24,000 nucleotides of DNA from Enterovibrio nigricans DSM 22720 (GCF_900167155.1 NZ_FUXU01000018.1:35880-59879), one strand, 5' to 3'; positions 7,621 through 16,127 are shown, numbered from the stretch's first letter. Translations and numbers: made by a program. The notes: a model not told the origin generated them from the sequence alone.

Positions 7621-9243
7621 TTACAGTATGGGCTTGAACGCTACCTCGATAGCTGTTTTTTCTGTCACAGGACCCACAGTAAATTGGTTAGTCTGCTCCA
7701 ACACAATGGTGGTTCCGTTCACTTTTACATAGTCTACGGCATAGCCTTTTTCTGGCGTTAGCACAAAAATTTGCTCTTCATTTTCGGCAACGAAAATATT
7801 TTCATTCGGCGAAATCGTACCAAAATACTCAATTGTTGAACTCTGACAAGCCTGGCCTTTCACCCATGGCCCCCAATCTGATGCTCCCGGTTCTTCTCCT
7901 GTACTCCACCAGTTGTTTGTCCAAAGGTATCCGTTATGTGAAACCGTTGAATTTGCGGGGTATCCCACAAGACGATCCCAACTTGGCTCAGTGCAAACAT
8001 TAGTGTCAACTTGGTGGCCTTGCACTGACACAGTAATTTGGTAATGAGGTGTGACATCTCCATCTAACGCGGTTGGTGCGCTCATCCACGAGATGATTTG
8101 GCTGAAAGGTACAATTCTGACCTCAGAATGACTGAGCATATAGTCTAAGAATTCCTCAAAAACCTCACGGCGCATTTGTGCATCTTCGGTTTTACGGTCA
8201 TGGTACATATCAGTATGTACACCTAGTAACAATGGTGCTCTGTTACCGTTCAAACGTTGATCGAACGTATATTTTAGTGTTGCTAATAACTCCTTTTTAT
8301 TTAAGTTAAACTCATAGAATAAATCATAGTCTAGACCTTTTATTTTACCGTCTGATTTGTTGAAATAAGGCTTTTTCTGAGCGGCCACATCACGTAAAGA
8401 ATAATCGAGTCCATATTTTTCAGCCTCATTATCTGGAGGGACGATAAAAGTATATACAGGCAAGGACCAGAAGCCGGCGTAAGTGGAAATAGGTTCAGAT
8501 TGTCCATTCGCAACCCTTTCCTCATTACCTGGGCTACCAAAATCTAATGTATATGGCCAATAGTGATTTGTTCCATCCTGGTTGGTTTGGAAGCCTTCTT
8601 CTATACTGACATCGTATGAGAAACCTGCTTTAATCATGGCTTTGAATGTATTGTCATTGAATTTTAAAAATGGTGTGCGAAATCCTTTTAAATCATCGGG
8701 ATTGATACCAATTCCGTTTGACGCATTGGGTGATTGAAGTGACTCATTTGGATTATAGGGGCGTGTAAGGAAGTCACTGCAGTCTTTAATTTCTTTATAC
8801 CAATCGGCTTCGCTTCTTTTTTCTCCACCGGGTGCATGGTGCACAGTATGATTACCGATTTCATGCCCATCTAAATACGCTTCACGCCATGCTTTTTTTA
8901 CCCAAACAGGGTTTTCTGCTGTCCAATCCATACCGTAAGTACACGTATTATAAAAAGAGACACGTGCCGGTGTACCATCAAATGTTGCGAGGTTTCCGTT
9001 TCCAGCAGGGTTACTTCTTACTTTGAATAGATCAATGGCCCATTTCATCCCGCCTTCACCAAGACCCAGTTCGGGATATCCCGAATACATATTGTCATCA
9101 AATCCAAATGAAACAAACATTGGAACTTGTTGTGGCAGTAACCCACCAGGAGGCTGAGAAGATGGAGCGAGTTGATCAGCAGCGAATACAGTTGTCGAGA
9201 ATGCCATTGAAAGATAAATGGCTCTCCGTAAAGTAAACTTCAT
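7621..9243 (-). CDS. Secreted polysaccharide (probably chitin/chito-oligosaccharide) deacetylase: CE4/NodB-like domain plus a CBM5/12 carbohydrate-binding module plus a C-terminal beta-sandwich-like tail
   Basis: 540 aa with a signal peptide (MKFTLRRAIYLSMAFSTTVFA-AD). NodB-type metal-site motifs are present (FGFDDN, GNHTVHH). The CBM5/12 signature is YPANSTVSHNGYLWTNNWWSTGEEPGASDWGPWV. An AAGGA Shine-Dalgarno lies 6 nt before the ATG. Confidence 0.78.
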   Translation of the reverse strand: MKFTLRRAIYLSMAFSTTVFAADQLAPSSQPPGGLLPQQVPMFVSFGFDDNMYSGYPELGLGEGGMKWAIDLFKVRSNPAGNGNLATFDGTPARVSFYNTCTYGMDWTAENPVWVKKAWREAYLDGHEIGNHTVHHAPGGEKRSEADWYKEIKDCSDFLTRPYNPNESLQSPNASNGIGINPDDLKGFRTPFLKFNDNTFKAMIKAGFSYDVSIEEGFQTNQDGTNHYWPYTLDFGSPGNEERVANGQSEPISTYAGFWSLPVYTFIVPPDNEAEKYGLDYSLRDVAAQKKPYFNKSDGKIKGLDYDLFYEFNLNKKELLATLKYTFDQRLNGNRAPLLLGVHTDMYHDRKTEDAQMRREVFEEFLDYMLSHSEVRIVPFSQIISWMSAPTALDGDVTPHYQITVSVQGHQVDTNVCTEPSWDRLVGYPANSTVSHNGYLWTNNWWSTGEEPGASDWGPWVKGQACQSSTIEYFGTISPNENIFVAENEEQIFVLTPEKGYAVDYVKVNGTTIVLEQTNQFTVGPVTEKTAIEVAFKPIL

Positions 9244-9427
9244 ATTATATCCTTATAAATTTCGGCTAAAAATAACCTAATTGATTTAGGTCGGAATTAA
9301 CTTAATGGTAATTAATAAGGAAGTCTTTTTGTGATTATATTGAAAATATCCAACTTCGACGAATGATTGATTTTTTATGATTGAATTTCTGCTATTTTTG
9401 CAAACGGTGAATTTAGTATTGTTGAAG

Positions 9428-9464
9428 TGTTATTGTTATTGTTATTGTTATTGTTATTGTTATT
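9428..9464. repeat. Hexanucleotide microsatellite (TATTGT), about 6 units
   Basis: Read directly: TGT TATTGT TATTGT TATTGT TATTGT TATTGT TATT. It lies inside a roughly 560-bp AT-rich divergent intergenic region. Confidence 0.9.
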
Positions 9465-9800
9465 TTAAATGTATAGTTGTGGCTTCTGAGTTTTCTTTGA
9501 TTGATTAATGTTTAATATATTTATTTTTTGATGTTTCTGAGGTGGGCGATTAATTTAATTTGTCGGACTAATGATTTGTTTTATCTGTAATAATTGAAAC
9601 AAAGCCGCAGTTTTAATCTGAATGTTGATTTTTTATTCTAATCTCGATGTTTGTTGTGTTTTTATGCTGTAGACCATTTTTATCTTCTTCAATATCGTAA
9701 CCTCATTAATTCTATGAGTGTTAATGCTTGGATGTTTGCCCCTATTCTGACACTGTATTCATTCGTTTTCGTGCTACACTTCGACCCTTGTTTTACATTA

Positions 9801-11075
9801 ATGCTAAGCACCCCAATGTCATCTCAAATTTCACAAACCTTTTCTTCTTTAGGCCTTGAGTCCAAAATCATCGATGCACTTCCGCTTAAGTGTAAGGTGC
9901 CTACGTCTATACAAGCGCTTGCTACACCGGTGATTATTGCCAAAAAGGATGTTTTAGCACTTGCTGAGACGGGGAGTGGTAAAACATTGGCATTTGGGCT
10001 GCCATTACTTTCGATGCTCCTAAAGAGCGACGAGGGAAGCCGCGCCTTGATTTTGGTGCCGACAAGAGAGCTCGCTTCTCAAGTTAGTAAAGTTATGGAT
10101 GAAGTGGCAACACCGCTCAGCATCAAGACAGTTATGCTTTGTGGTGGTGTTGATAAGGCGTTACAACGTGAGGCGTTGTTATTAAATCCTGATGTCATTA
10201 TCGCTACTCCCGGCAGATTGCGAGACCTGATTAATGATGACGCAATTCATCTCGCTCATGTACGTCACCTTGTGCTGGACGAAGCGGACAGGCTGTTAGA
10301 CATGGGCTTTTGGCCAGATATCAAACAGATATTGTCGTCTTTGCCATGCGAGCGTCAGACCTTGATGTTTTCAGCAACGTTGCCTGATGATCTTGGCGCA
10401 CTGGTGGCTGAAACGCTACGTGAGCCTGTAATGATCAAGGCGAATGCGGTAAACAGTGTGGTTGAGCGTATCGAAGAGCGGTTATATCTCGTTAATAAGG
10501 GCAGCAAAGCGAACGTGCTGATTGACCAGATAAAAGAAAACAAATGGCCTCAAGTGCTGGTGTTTATTGGTGCGAGAGATAATGCCGATGCGCTTTGTAA
10601 AAAGTTAAATAAAGCGGACATTACCACTAGTGCTCTTCATGGCGATAAATCGCAAGTTGAGCGTGAGCAGGCGCTGGACGCGTTTAAAAACAAACAAACT
10701 CAGGTTCTGGTTGCCACAGATTTGTTGGCTCGCGGGATCCATATAGATGACTTGCCTGTTGTCATTAACGTTGAATTGCCATCAAACCCGGCCGTGTATG
10801 TCCATAGGGTTGGTCGAACTGCGCGGGCAGGTCAGGAAGGTTTAGCCATTTCACTGGTTAGTCATGGCGAGAGCGAATACTTACAATCAATTCGTGATTT
10901 GACCCAGCGTGGATTGCCTTTGGCTGAACTTGAAAAATTTCCTGTGACGGACAAACCTTCGTCAGGTGACAGTAAGCGTGCTCCGCGAGATAAAAAGGCA
11001 AATCGCCGTACGGCGCAGAAAAAGAGTGTTAAGCAGTTTCAAGGGAAAGCAAAACCTAAACGCGCCAAAACCTAA
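9801..11075 (+). CDS. DEAD-box ATP-dependent RNA helicase (RhlE-like, with a basic C-terminal tail)
   Basis: Q-motif region FSSLGL..PTSIQ, plus AETGSGKT, PTRELA, VLDEADRLLDMGF, SAT, VATDLLARGIH and HRVGRTARAG. The tail is Lys/Arg-rich. The track start at 9651 (TTG) adds about 50 aa of AT-rich sequence with no helicase-like content. The real start is probably the ATG at 9801 or 9816, and neither has a clear Shine-Dalgarno. Confidence 0.85.
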   Translation: MLSTPMSSQISQTFSSLGLESKIIDALPLKCKVPTSIQALATPVIIAKKDVLALAETGSGKTLAFGLPLLSMLLKSDEGSRALILVPTRELASQVSKVMDEVATPLSIKTVMLCGGVDKALQREALLLNPDVIIATPGRLRDLINDDAIHLAHVRHLVLDEADRLLDMGFWPDIKQILSSLPCERQTLMFSATLPDDLGALVAETLREPVMIKANAVNSVVERIEERLYLVNKGSKANVLIDQIKENKWPQVLVFIGARDNADALCKKLNKADITTSALHGDKSQVEREQALDAFKNKQTQVLVATDLLARGIHIDDLPVVINVELPSNPAVYVHRVGRTARAGQEGLAISLVSHGESEYLQSIRDLTQRGLPLAELEKFPVTDKPSSGDSKRAPRDKKANRRTAQKKSVKQFQGKAKPKRAKT

Positions 11076-11115
11076 ACGCGCTTAGTACTGCATTAAATCC
11101 ACGGAATGTTGTGAA

Positions 11116-11150
11116 AAGAAACCCAAGAAATTCTTGGGTTTCTTTTCTTT
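11116..11150. terminator. Bidirectional terminator between the convergent helicase gene and yhfT
   Basis: A near-perfect palindrome, AGAAACCCAAGAA / TTCTTGGGTTTCT (11118-11143), is followed by TTTCTTTT. Confidence 0.65.
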
Positions 11151-11187
11151 TGGGGTGTTTTTTGTTCAGAGGTGATAAATGGAGATA

Positions 11188-12489
11188 TCACACTGCGAAT
11201 AACCCCAAAACATAAAGAAGGTTTAAAGATAGCCCTGTTAGGATGGTTGCAGCAGCGGGTGCGGCAATTTTCAGAACAGGTCGGCCTAATGTTTCATTGA
11301 GGAAATAGTACACCGCAAAGAGGCAGAGGCCTGTTGTTGAGCCCATTTTCATAACCGCCAATACGCCCCCAACCAAAAGCGCGAACTCCATCAACACATT
11401 CATGGCGTCTCGGATGTTGTCGGAGGCATTTCTTAACGAAGGATAAGCTTCTAGTGCGTGGCTGATTTTTCTTAGGAGATGAATTTCAACGATGATTGTT
11501 ATAGCCCCCAGCACGGCTGCAGTAAGGAGATTCGGGGAAATATAGCCCACCACAAACACAAAAGTAAGGCCAACCATACCGTAGATGCCGGTGGTCAAAG
11601 CCGCTAAGACGATAAGCGGTGCAAAACCAAGACCACGAAGTGCTTCAGCCGTGGCGATTTGGGCTATGGCACTATTTCGACTATCAGCGTCTTGCAATGT
11701 ATATGCCTCGGCTAAGGGGTAGATAGAGACTTCCGAACCAGCCAAGTAACCCGCATTGACGACAACGGCAATTAACGCCCCCGTTAACGAGAGAAAAGGA
11801 AGATGCTTTTTTAGTTGTATAAACCGCTCATCATATAAACCGTGAATGCTGCTCATGTCCGGTGGATTGTTGCCATTTTTCAGCTCTTTGAGATCATGCT
11901 TGATGGCGCAGACAAAAAGAACCACTGTGCCGACAAGCATTTGAACGGCTTCAGGATATAGCCCTGAAAATTGTACGACGACCAAACGCGCAACCAGAAT
12001 GGTCATTGCGCAAACCACACCGGCTCGCCAACCAAACTGCTTAAAGACGGCAAGCAATGGAAACAGCGCGATGACAGTTATTACAGGTGTGGCCATCTCT
12101 GAGAAGAGATCTGTCATGTCTAGAGGCAGGACAGAGAGTAGGGCTTCTATCCCTACGAGACCAGTAACGACAAACAGACCCCAACATCCTCCCGCGAGCG
12201 CGGCGAGCCACCTGCTGCCAATAAGAACGCCGAGAACATCCGTAGGCAAAAAGAGTAGCCACGGGTTTAGAAGGCCTGTTGAAAGCGTGAAAGAGAGTCC
12301 CACCGATACGCTAAACCCAATAGACAGGCCAAACGCAATGGAGCCAGCCTGTTTTCGCTGCATATTCCCAGTGAGAACTTGTGGGAGTATCGGTCTTAGG
12401 CCGTCATGAAAAACTGATGCGCTCATGTTTGCTAGGAGTGCCGTCATCGCACACAGTGCAGTCACCGTGACCAGTTGTAGCAAGTCCAT
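11188..12489 (-). CDS. yhfT: YhfT-like polytopic inner-membrane protein (putative transporter)
   Basis: 433 aa and very hydrophobic, with at least 10 helices. Its size and its position as last gene after yhfU and php match the E. coli yhf cluster. Confidence 0.75.
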   Translation of the reverse strand: MDLLQLVTVTALCAMTALLANMSASVFHDGLRPILPQVLTGNMQRKQAGSIAFGLSIGFSVSVGLSFTLSTGLLNPWLLFLPTDVLGVLIGSRWLAALAGGCWGLFVVTGLVGIEALLSVLPLDMTDLFSEMATPVITVIALFPLLAVFKQFGWRAGVVCAMTILVARLVVVQFSGLYPEAVQMLVGTVVLFVCAIKHDLKELKNGNNPPDMSSIHGLYDERFIQLKKHLPFLSLTGALIAVVVNAGYLAGSEVSIYPLAEAYTLQDADSRNSAIAQIATAEALRGLGFAPLIVLAALTTGIYGMVGLTFVFVVGYISPNLLTAAVLGAITIIVEIHLLRKISHALEAYPSLRNASDNIRDAMNVLMEFALLVGGVLAVMKMGSTTGLCLFAVYYFLNETLGRPVLKIAAPAAATILTGLSLNLLYVLGLFAV

Positions 12490-12497
12490 AGAAAATC

Positions 12498-12857
12498 CTA
12501 CAATACGGCGAGGTGCTTCGTGAGCATAGGGATCGCATGTTCTATATGCTCAACCGACAAGCCAAAAGCCACTTTTCCTTCATCGAGAAAACGTGCAATT
12601 TCATCGCTCTTTGCCTGAATAGACGGTTTCGCAATAGTGCAACTTTTTGGGTACCCGATAATCGCGATAGCCATAGAGAGTGCCGCTCCTGCCCCTGTGT
12701 TGCAACAACCAATGTAGTAATCCAGTTCGCCCGTTTTTACTTTCATGGCGGCATCTATATCATTCATCATGTGACATTCAAATTTGCCACATGCAGTCGC
12801 CTCAATGTGTCGCTTAATTTGCTCGCGTTGTAATCCAGCAATGCCGATTTTCTTCAT
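12498..12857 (-). CDS. yhfU: YhfU-like protein (DUF2620)
   Basis: 119 aa, sitting between php and yhfT as in E. coli. The assignment rests mainly on synteny and size; I cannot verify the alignment from memory. Confidence 0.65.
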   Translation of the reverse strand: MKKIGIAGLQREQIKRHIEATACGKFECHMMNDIDAAMKVKTGELDYYIGCCNTGAGAALSMAIAIIGYPKSCTIAKPSIQAKSDEIARFLDEGKVAFGLSVEHIEHAIPMLTKHLAVL

Positions 12858-12871
12858 TGTATTGCCTTGGT

Positions 12872-13753
12872 TTAATTAAAGAGGGTGTAAGGGTTATGGC
12901 GTAGCATTGTGTCTACTTGTTGCTGGGAAAAACCCCTTTCCAGTAACGCGGGGAGAAATGTCTCTATGAGATAAGTAAACCCTGGCCCACCATTGTTTTT
13001 CAGGTGGGAACGGCGTGTGATATCCATAGAGAGCATTACGCGGGTAAGCAAATCGCGTTTCGCCAATTCTTCCAACATATCGATGCGTTGCTCATCGGGA
13101 AAGTAGCTATTTTTTCCAATGGTATCGAATTGGACATAGCAGCCTTGGTCGATGATCCATAGCATTTTGTCAAGATTATTTTTCAGGTCGCAATGCCCGA
13201 TTGTGACCCGAGAAAGATCCGCACCGCATTGTTTCAAAAGGGCAATTTGATCTTTTCCCATGGTGCTGAATGAAAGATGCGTCGAGATAGGGCGGCCTGT
13301 TTCGTATTGTGCCATCGCCGCAGCTTTAAACACTTTCTGTTCGGTTTCAGAGAACGCATTGTCACTGCTGCCAATCTCACCGATAAGAGACGCTTTTAAT
13401 GGACTGCCGTCGATGCCGATGTTTATTTCTTTTATCATTTCATCGCGAATGTCTTCGGCACTTTGCGTGTACAGCTTTTTTGGGAAAAACCCTTCGATGT
13501 AATATCCGGTAGAAAGCAGAATATTCATCCCGGAATCGCGCATCAAACATTCAAGAAAATGAGGATTTCGGCCCATATAACGATTAGTGACTTCAACGAT
13601 ATTTGAGACGCCAAGGTTTACGAGATCGCGCATTTCATCGCAGATCAGTGCGTATTGGTCGAGTTTGCAGTCGATATCGCCTTTTTGTTCAGATAAGTCG
13701 ATATACAAATGCTCGTGGCAATATGTGTAGCCTTCGTTATTTATGGGCATCAT
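12872..13753 (-). CDS. php: Phosphotriesterase homology protein (amidohydrolase superfamily)
   Basis: 293 aa, colinear with my recollection of E. coli Php/YhfV (GYT..HEHL.IDLS, RPISTH.SFSTMG, RVT.GHCDLK.NLD, YVQFDTIGKNSY.PDE.RI, RVMLSMDITRRSHLK.NGG.G). Its ATG overlaps the yhfY stop (TAATG). Confidence 0.92.
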   Translation of the reverse strand: MMPINNEGYTYCHEHLYIDLSEQKGDIDCKLDQYALICDEMRDLVNLGVSNIVEVTNRYMGRNPHFLECLMRDSGMNILLSTGYYIEGFFPKKLYTQSAEDIRDEMIKEINIGIDGSPLKASLIGEIGSSDNAFSETEQKVFKAAAMAQYETGRPISTHLSFSTMGKDQIALLKQCGADLSRVTIGHCDLKNNLDKMLWIIDQGCYVQFDTIGKNSYFPDEQRIDMLEELAKRDLLTRVMLSMDITRRSHLKNNGGPGFTYLIETFLPALLERGFSQQQVDTMLRHNPYTLFN

Positions 13754-14115
13754 TAATCCTCAATCGCTGCATAGTGCAAAGACAGTAAATTACTAAGCAT
13801 AAAGGTGTTTTCTGATGTTGGAACCGAGATACCCAGCATGCCTGCAATTTCATTGTTCAGTGAAGAAATAGTGCAATAAAGGGGATCGCTGGTTATATCT
13901 TCAAACAACTCTGGGTCCATGCCTTTGTCTATGGGCTCGTTCGCTTTGATGCGATCAAATGCACGTGCAAGGTGAGTGATTGCCATTTGGAACTGTTCGT
14001 TGTCAGACGCGAGACCGAGTCGCTGAGAAAGAAGCACACTTACATCATTGCATCTCCGAGCGGCTTCTTCACTGATGACTTGTGCTTGTGATAACAGGGT
14101 TAGCCTTTCGTGCAT
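13753..14115 (-). CDS. yhfY: YhfY-like PRD-domain protein
   Basis: 120 aa and helical, with a PRD-like His/Arg motif (AITHLARAFDRI). It sits between yhfZ and php, and its size is as I recall for E. coli YhfY. Confidence 0.6.
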   Translation of the reverse strand: MHERLTLLSQAQVISEEAARRCNDVSVLLSQRLGLASDNEQFQMAITHLARAFDRIKANEPIDKGMDPELFEDITSDPLYCTISSLNNEIAGMLGISVPTSENTFMLSNLLSLHYAAIED

Positions 14116-14144
14116 TACGGTACTTCCTTGTCAATATTCGAGAA

Positions 14145-15056
14145 TTAATAGCTAGGAATGATCTCCCCGTTGATCACGGCTTCTTGGTGCTCAAGCAGGG
14201 TGTGAATGTTCAAGAGCTTTCTCATTAAACTGCACATGTAGGGGGAATCACTGTTGACCAGAATGACGGCCTCTGAGGCTTGTTGACACTCTGGAATATG
14301 AGAAAGTGAGAGCTCCGTGAGGCTAGCGCAACTGGCGTCGACGGCTTCAGGAAGCCAGACAACAGCATCAATCGTTCCAGTTTTTAAAAGGTTAAGACTG
14401 TCGGTGTAGTTGATTTCAACAATTTCGACATCGTGATTCGGAAACGCCTTCTCGGTCAAAATCTTTTGGTCAGGAGATGACGGGTCAACACCGACCTTTT
14501 TGATGTTGTTGACTTCGTCTTTGCGGCAAATAAGTTTGTGTTCAAGAGAGTAGGTTTGTGTGCCTAAATCAAAGGCAATCTTTACACCAGGACCGACTGC
14601 TTTCGCGGCTAATTTGGACATGATCGCGACGTCATACGTCCCTTTCTTTAGGCACTCCGATCGCGCATCTGCACCGCGCATGTGCGCAAAATAAAGCGGA
14701 AGATGACCCATTTGCATCTTCAAGCCGCTTGCGAGGCCTTCATAGTGCTTGGTATAAGGCAATGGCATTGCGCAAACGAGGTGACTAAACCCTGCTTTTT
14801 TGACCAGCGCTTCGTAATTGAGCATATCAATGAAGGTGCCGTTACGACCTTGTTTTCGCAGCGTAATTGCACCTTCCGATTCAAGCGTGGTCAACGCCTT
14901 TTGGATAAAACCCACGGAAACTTCAAATTCGTCAGAGAGTGAGTCGATCGTGCGGAGCCTTTCTTTGGCTTCCGTGGTGATCAAATATCTGGCGATATTG
15001 ATAATCGCAGACCCTTCTTTACTGATATAGCGATGCGGCATAGTTACAATCTTCAA
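14145..15056 (-). CDS. yhfZ: YhfZ-like transcriptional regulator (GntR-type winged HTH plus a ligand-binding-like C-terminal domain)
   Basis: 303 aa. The N-terminal wHTH is LRTIDSLSDEFEVSVGFIQKALTTLESEGAITLRKQGRNGTFI. It is the first gene of the yhf-like operon. Confidence 0.68.
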   Translation of the reverse strand: MKIVTMPHRYISKEGSAIINIARYLITTEAKERLRTIDSLSDEFEVSVGFIQKALTTLESEGAITLRKQGRNGTFIDMLNYEALVKKAGFSHLVCAMPLPYTKHYEGLASGLKMQMGHLPLYFAHMRGADARSECLKKGTYDVAIMSKLAAKAVGPGVKIAFDLGTQTYSLEHKLICRKDEVNNIKKVGVDPSSPDQKILTEKAFPNHDVEIVEINYTDSLNLLKTGTIDAVVWLPEAVDASCASLTELSLSHIPECQQASEAVILVNSDSPYMCSLMRKLLNIHTLLEHQEAVINGEIIPSY

Positions 15057-15214
15057 TATATTGAAATAATAATTTATAGGTCATTGTACGTTGAGGAAAT
15101 AGAGATTTCTGCGATATGTGATGCTGATCAGTACATTTGTTGTTCTAAGTTCGCTGTGACGATAACCGTTTGATTAAATGGTATTCATTTGATTATGAGT
15201 TTGCTTTCAAGGCA

Positions 15215-15243
15215 TTGACGGTGAGTCCGTAAATCTTTATAGT
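15215..15243 (+). promoter_or_regulatory. Putative promoter of tRNA-Ser copy 2
   Basis: TTGACG (15215-15220), a 17-nt spacer, then TATAGT (15238-15243), followed by the GC-rich discriminator TGCGACCC. The architecture is identical to copy 1. Confidence 0.6.
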
Positions 15244-15280
15244 TGCGACCCTGTTGAGGCGACAAGTCCAACAACAATAC

Positions 15281-15368
15281 GGTGAGTTGTCCGAGTGGCT
15301 GAAGGAGCACGCCTGGAAAGTGTGTATACGGAAACGTATCGAGAGTTCGAATCTCTCACTCACCGCCA
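15281..15368 (+). tRNA. tRNA-Ser, anticodon GGA (second, diverged copy), CCA encoded
   Basis: The sequence is GGTGAGTTGTCCGAGTGGCTGAAGGAGCACGCCTGGAAAGTGTGTATACGGAAACGTATCGAGAGTTCGAATCTCTCACTCACCGCCA. It differs from copy 1 at five positions. Four of these form two compensatory stem pairs. Confidence 0.97.
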
Positions 15369-15378
15369 CATTCTGTGA

Positions 15379-15425
15379 GCCCTTGTAGCATAAGGAATTT
15401 TTATGCTACAAGGGCTTAGTTGTTT
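15379..15425 (+). terminator. Long hairpin/terminator after tRNA-Ser copy 2
   Basis: A perfect 15-bp stem, GCCCTTGTAGCATAA (15379-15393) paired with TTATGCTACAAGGGC (15401-15415), has a 7-nt loop. It is followed by TTAGTTGTTTC, so the U-tract is weak. Confidence 0.55.
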
Positions 15426-15585
15426 CTGGCGTAGCTACCAAGTGGTACAAAAGGTAGGTACAAATGGGCATTATGGCAACACCACGCTACGCATCAAAGT
15501 CCTAAGTGAAGCTCCAGACCATCTAGAAAACGCTCAAAAGCAGATTAAATTAGAAACGCTGAAGTTGAGTTGAATTGTCACCGAC

Positions 15586-16127
15586 TCAATAGACACCTTT
15601 GAGCCTTTCTATTAATTGCTTTTCGTAATCTACAGGCGACAGCTGGTTGTTGGAACCATGTCGACGCTTAACGTTGTAGACCATCTCAATATACTCAAAG
15701 ATATCTAACCTAGCGTCTTCTCTTGTCGTGTATATTTTCCGTTTTATACGTTCTCTTTTCAGCAACTGAAAGAAGCTTTCTGCAACCGTATTGTCGTGAC
15801 AGTTGCCTTTTAGACTTACACTCGCCTCTAAGCATGTTGCGTTAAAAAGTTATCCCAGTCATTGCTGGTATATTGACTACCTTGGTCTGAATGAACGAGT
15901 ACCTTATCCGTTGGCGAACGATGCCAAATCGCCATCAACAAAGCATTCAAAGCCAATTCATTTGTGATTCGGCTTTTCATCGACCAACCAACCACGCGCC
16001 TTGAGAACAAATCAACAACAACGGTCAGATATAGCCAGCCTTCATGCGTCTTAATGTACGTAATGTCTATTACCCATGATTGATTAGACTCAGTAGGATT
16101 GAACTCTCTTGCTAGCTTATTCGGCAA
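15586..16127 (-). pseudogene. IS3/IS150-type transposase OrfB fragment (DDE core plus C-terminus; 5'-truncated and frameshifted)
   Basis: PNKLAREFNPTESNQSWVIDITYIKTHEGWLYLTVVVDLFSRRVVGWSM ... HSDQGSQYTS stops at 15828. It continues in another frame as SVSLKGNCHDNTVAESFFQLLKRE...YIEMVYNVKRRHGSNNQLSPVDYE, ending at TGA 15588-15586. Confidence 0.85.

Noticed and set aside
9428-9464. I checked whether the short tandem repeats (TATTGT tract, GAGCAA tract) or the 282-291-bp adhesin repeats could be a CRISPR array.
   Set aside because: The first two are contiguous microsatellites with no spacers. The third is in-frame, diverged coding repeats. No repeat-spacer architecture and no cas genes are present.
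9651-9800. A 50-aa N-terminal extension of the DEAD-box helicase ORF starts at a TTG.
   Set aside because: The extension is AT-rich, hydrophobic and low in complexity, and has no helicase-like content. DEAD-box proteins begin only a few residues before the Q-motif (FSSLGL), so the in-frame ATGs at 9801 and 9816 are better candidates.
11999-12409. A 136-aa plus-strand ORF and a 73-aa minus-strand ORF lie inside yhfT, and similar overlapping ORFs lie in php, yhfZ, dbpA and the deacetylase gene.
   Set aside because: They are alternative frames of well-supported genes. Their Arg/Pro/Ser-rich composition is typical of off-frame translation.
15455-15575. A possible remnant of a tyrosine-recombinase (integrase) C-terminus lies just downstream of tRNA-Ser copy 2. 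One frame reads NGHYGNTTLRIKVLSEAPDHLENA and the neighbouring frame reads TPRYASKS. Together these loosely resemble the LGH……T.RYAHLs..hL.eA box.
   Set aside because: The match needs a frameshift, covers only about 25 residues and puts an Ile where the catalytic Tyr should be in the main frame. The fragment would also be oriented with nothing upstream of it. I cannot separate this from chance by eye, and it needs a tBLASTn or HMM test.
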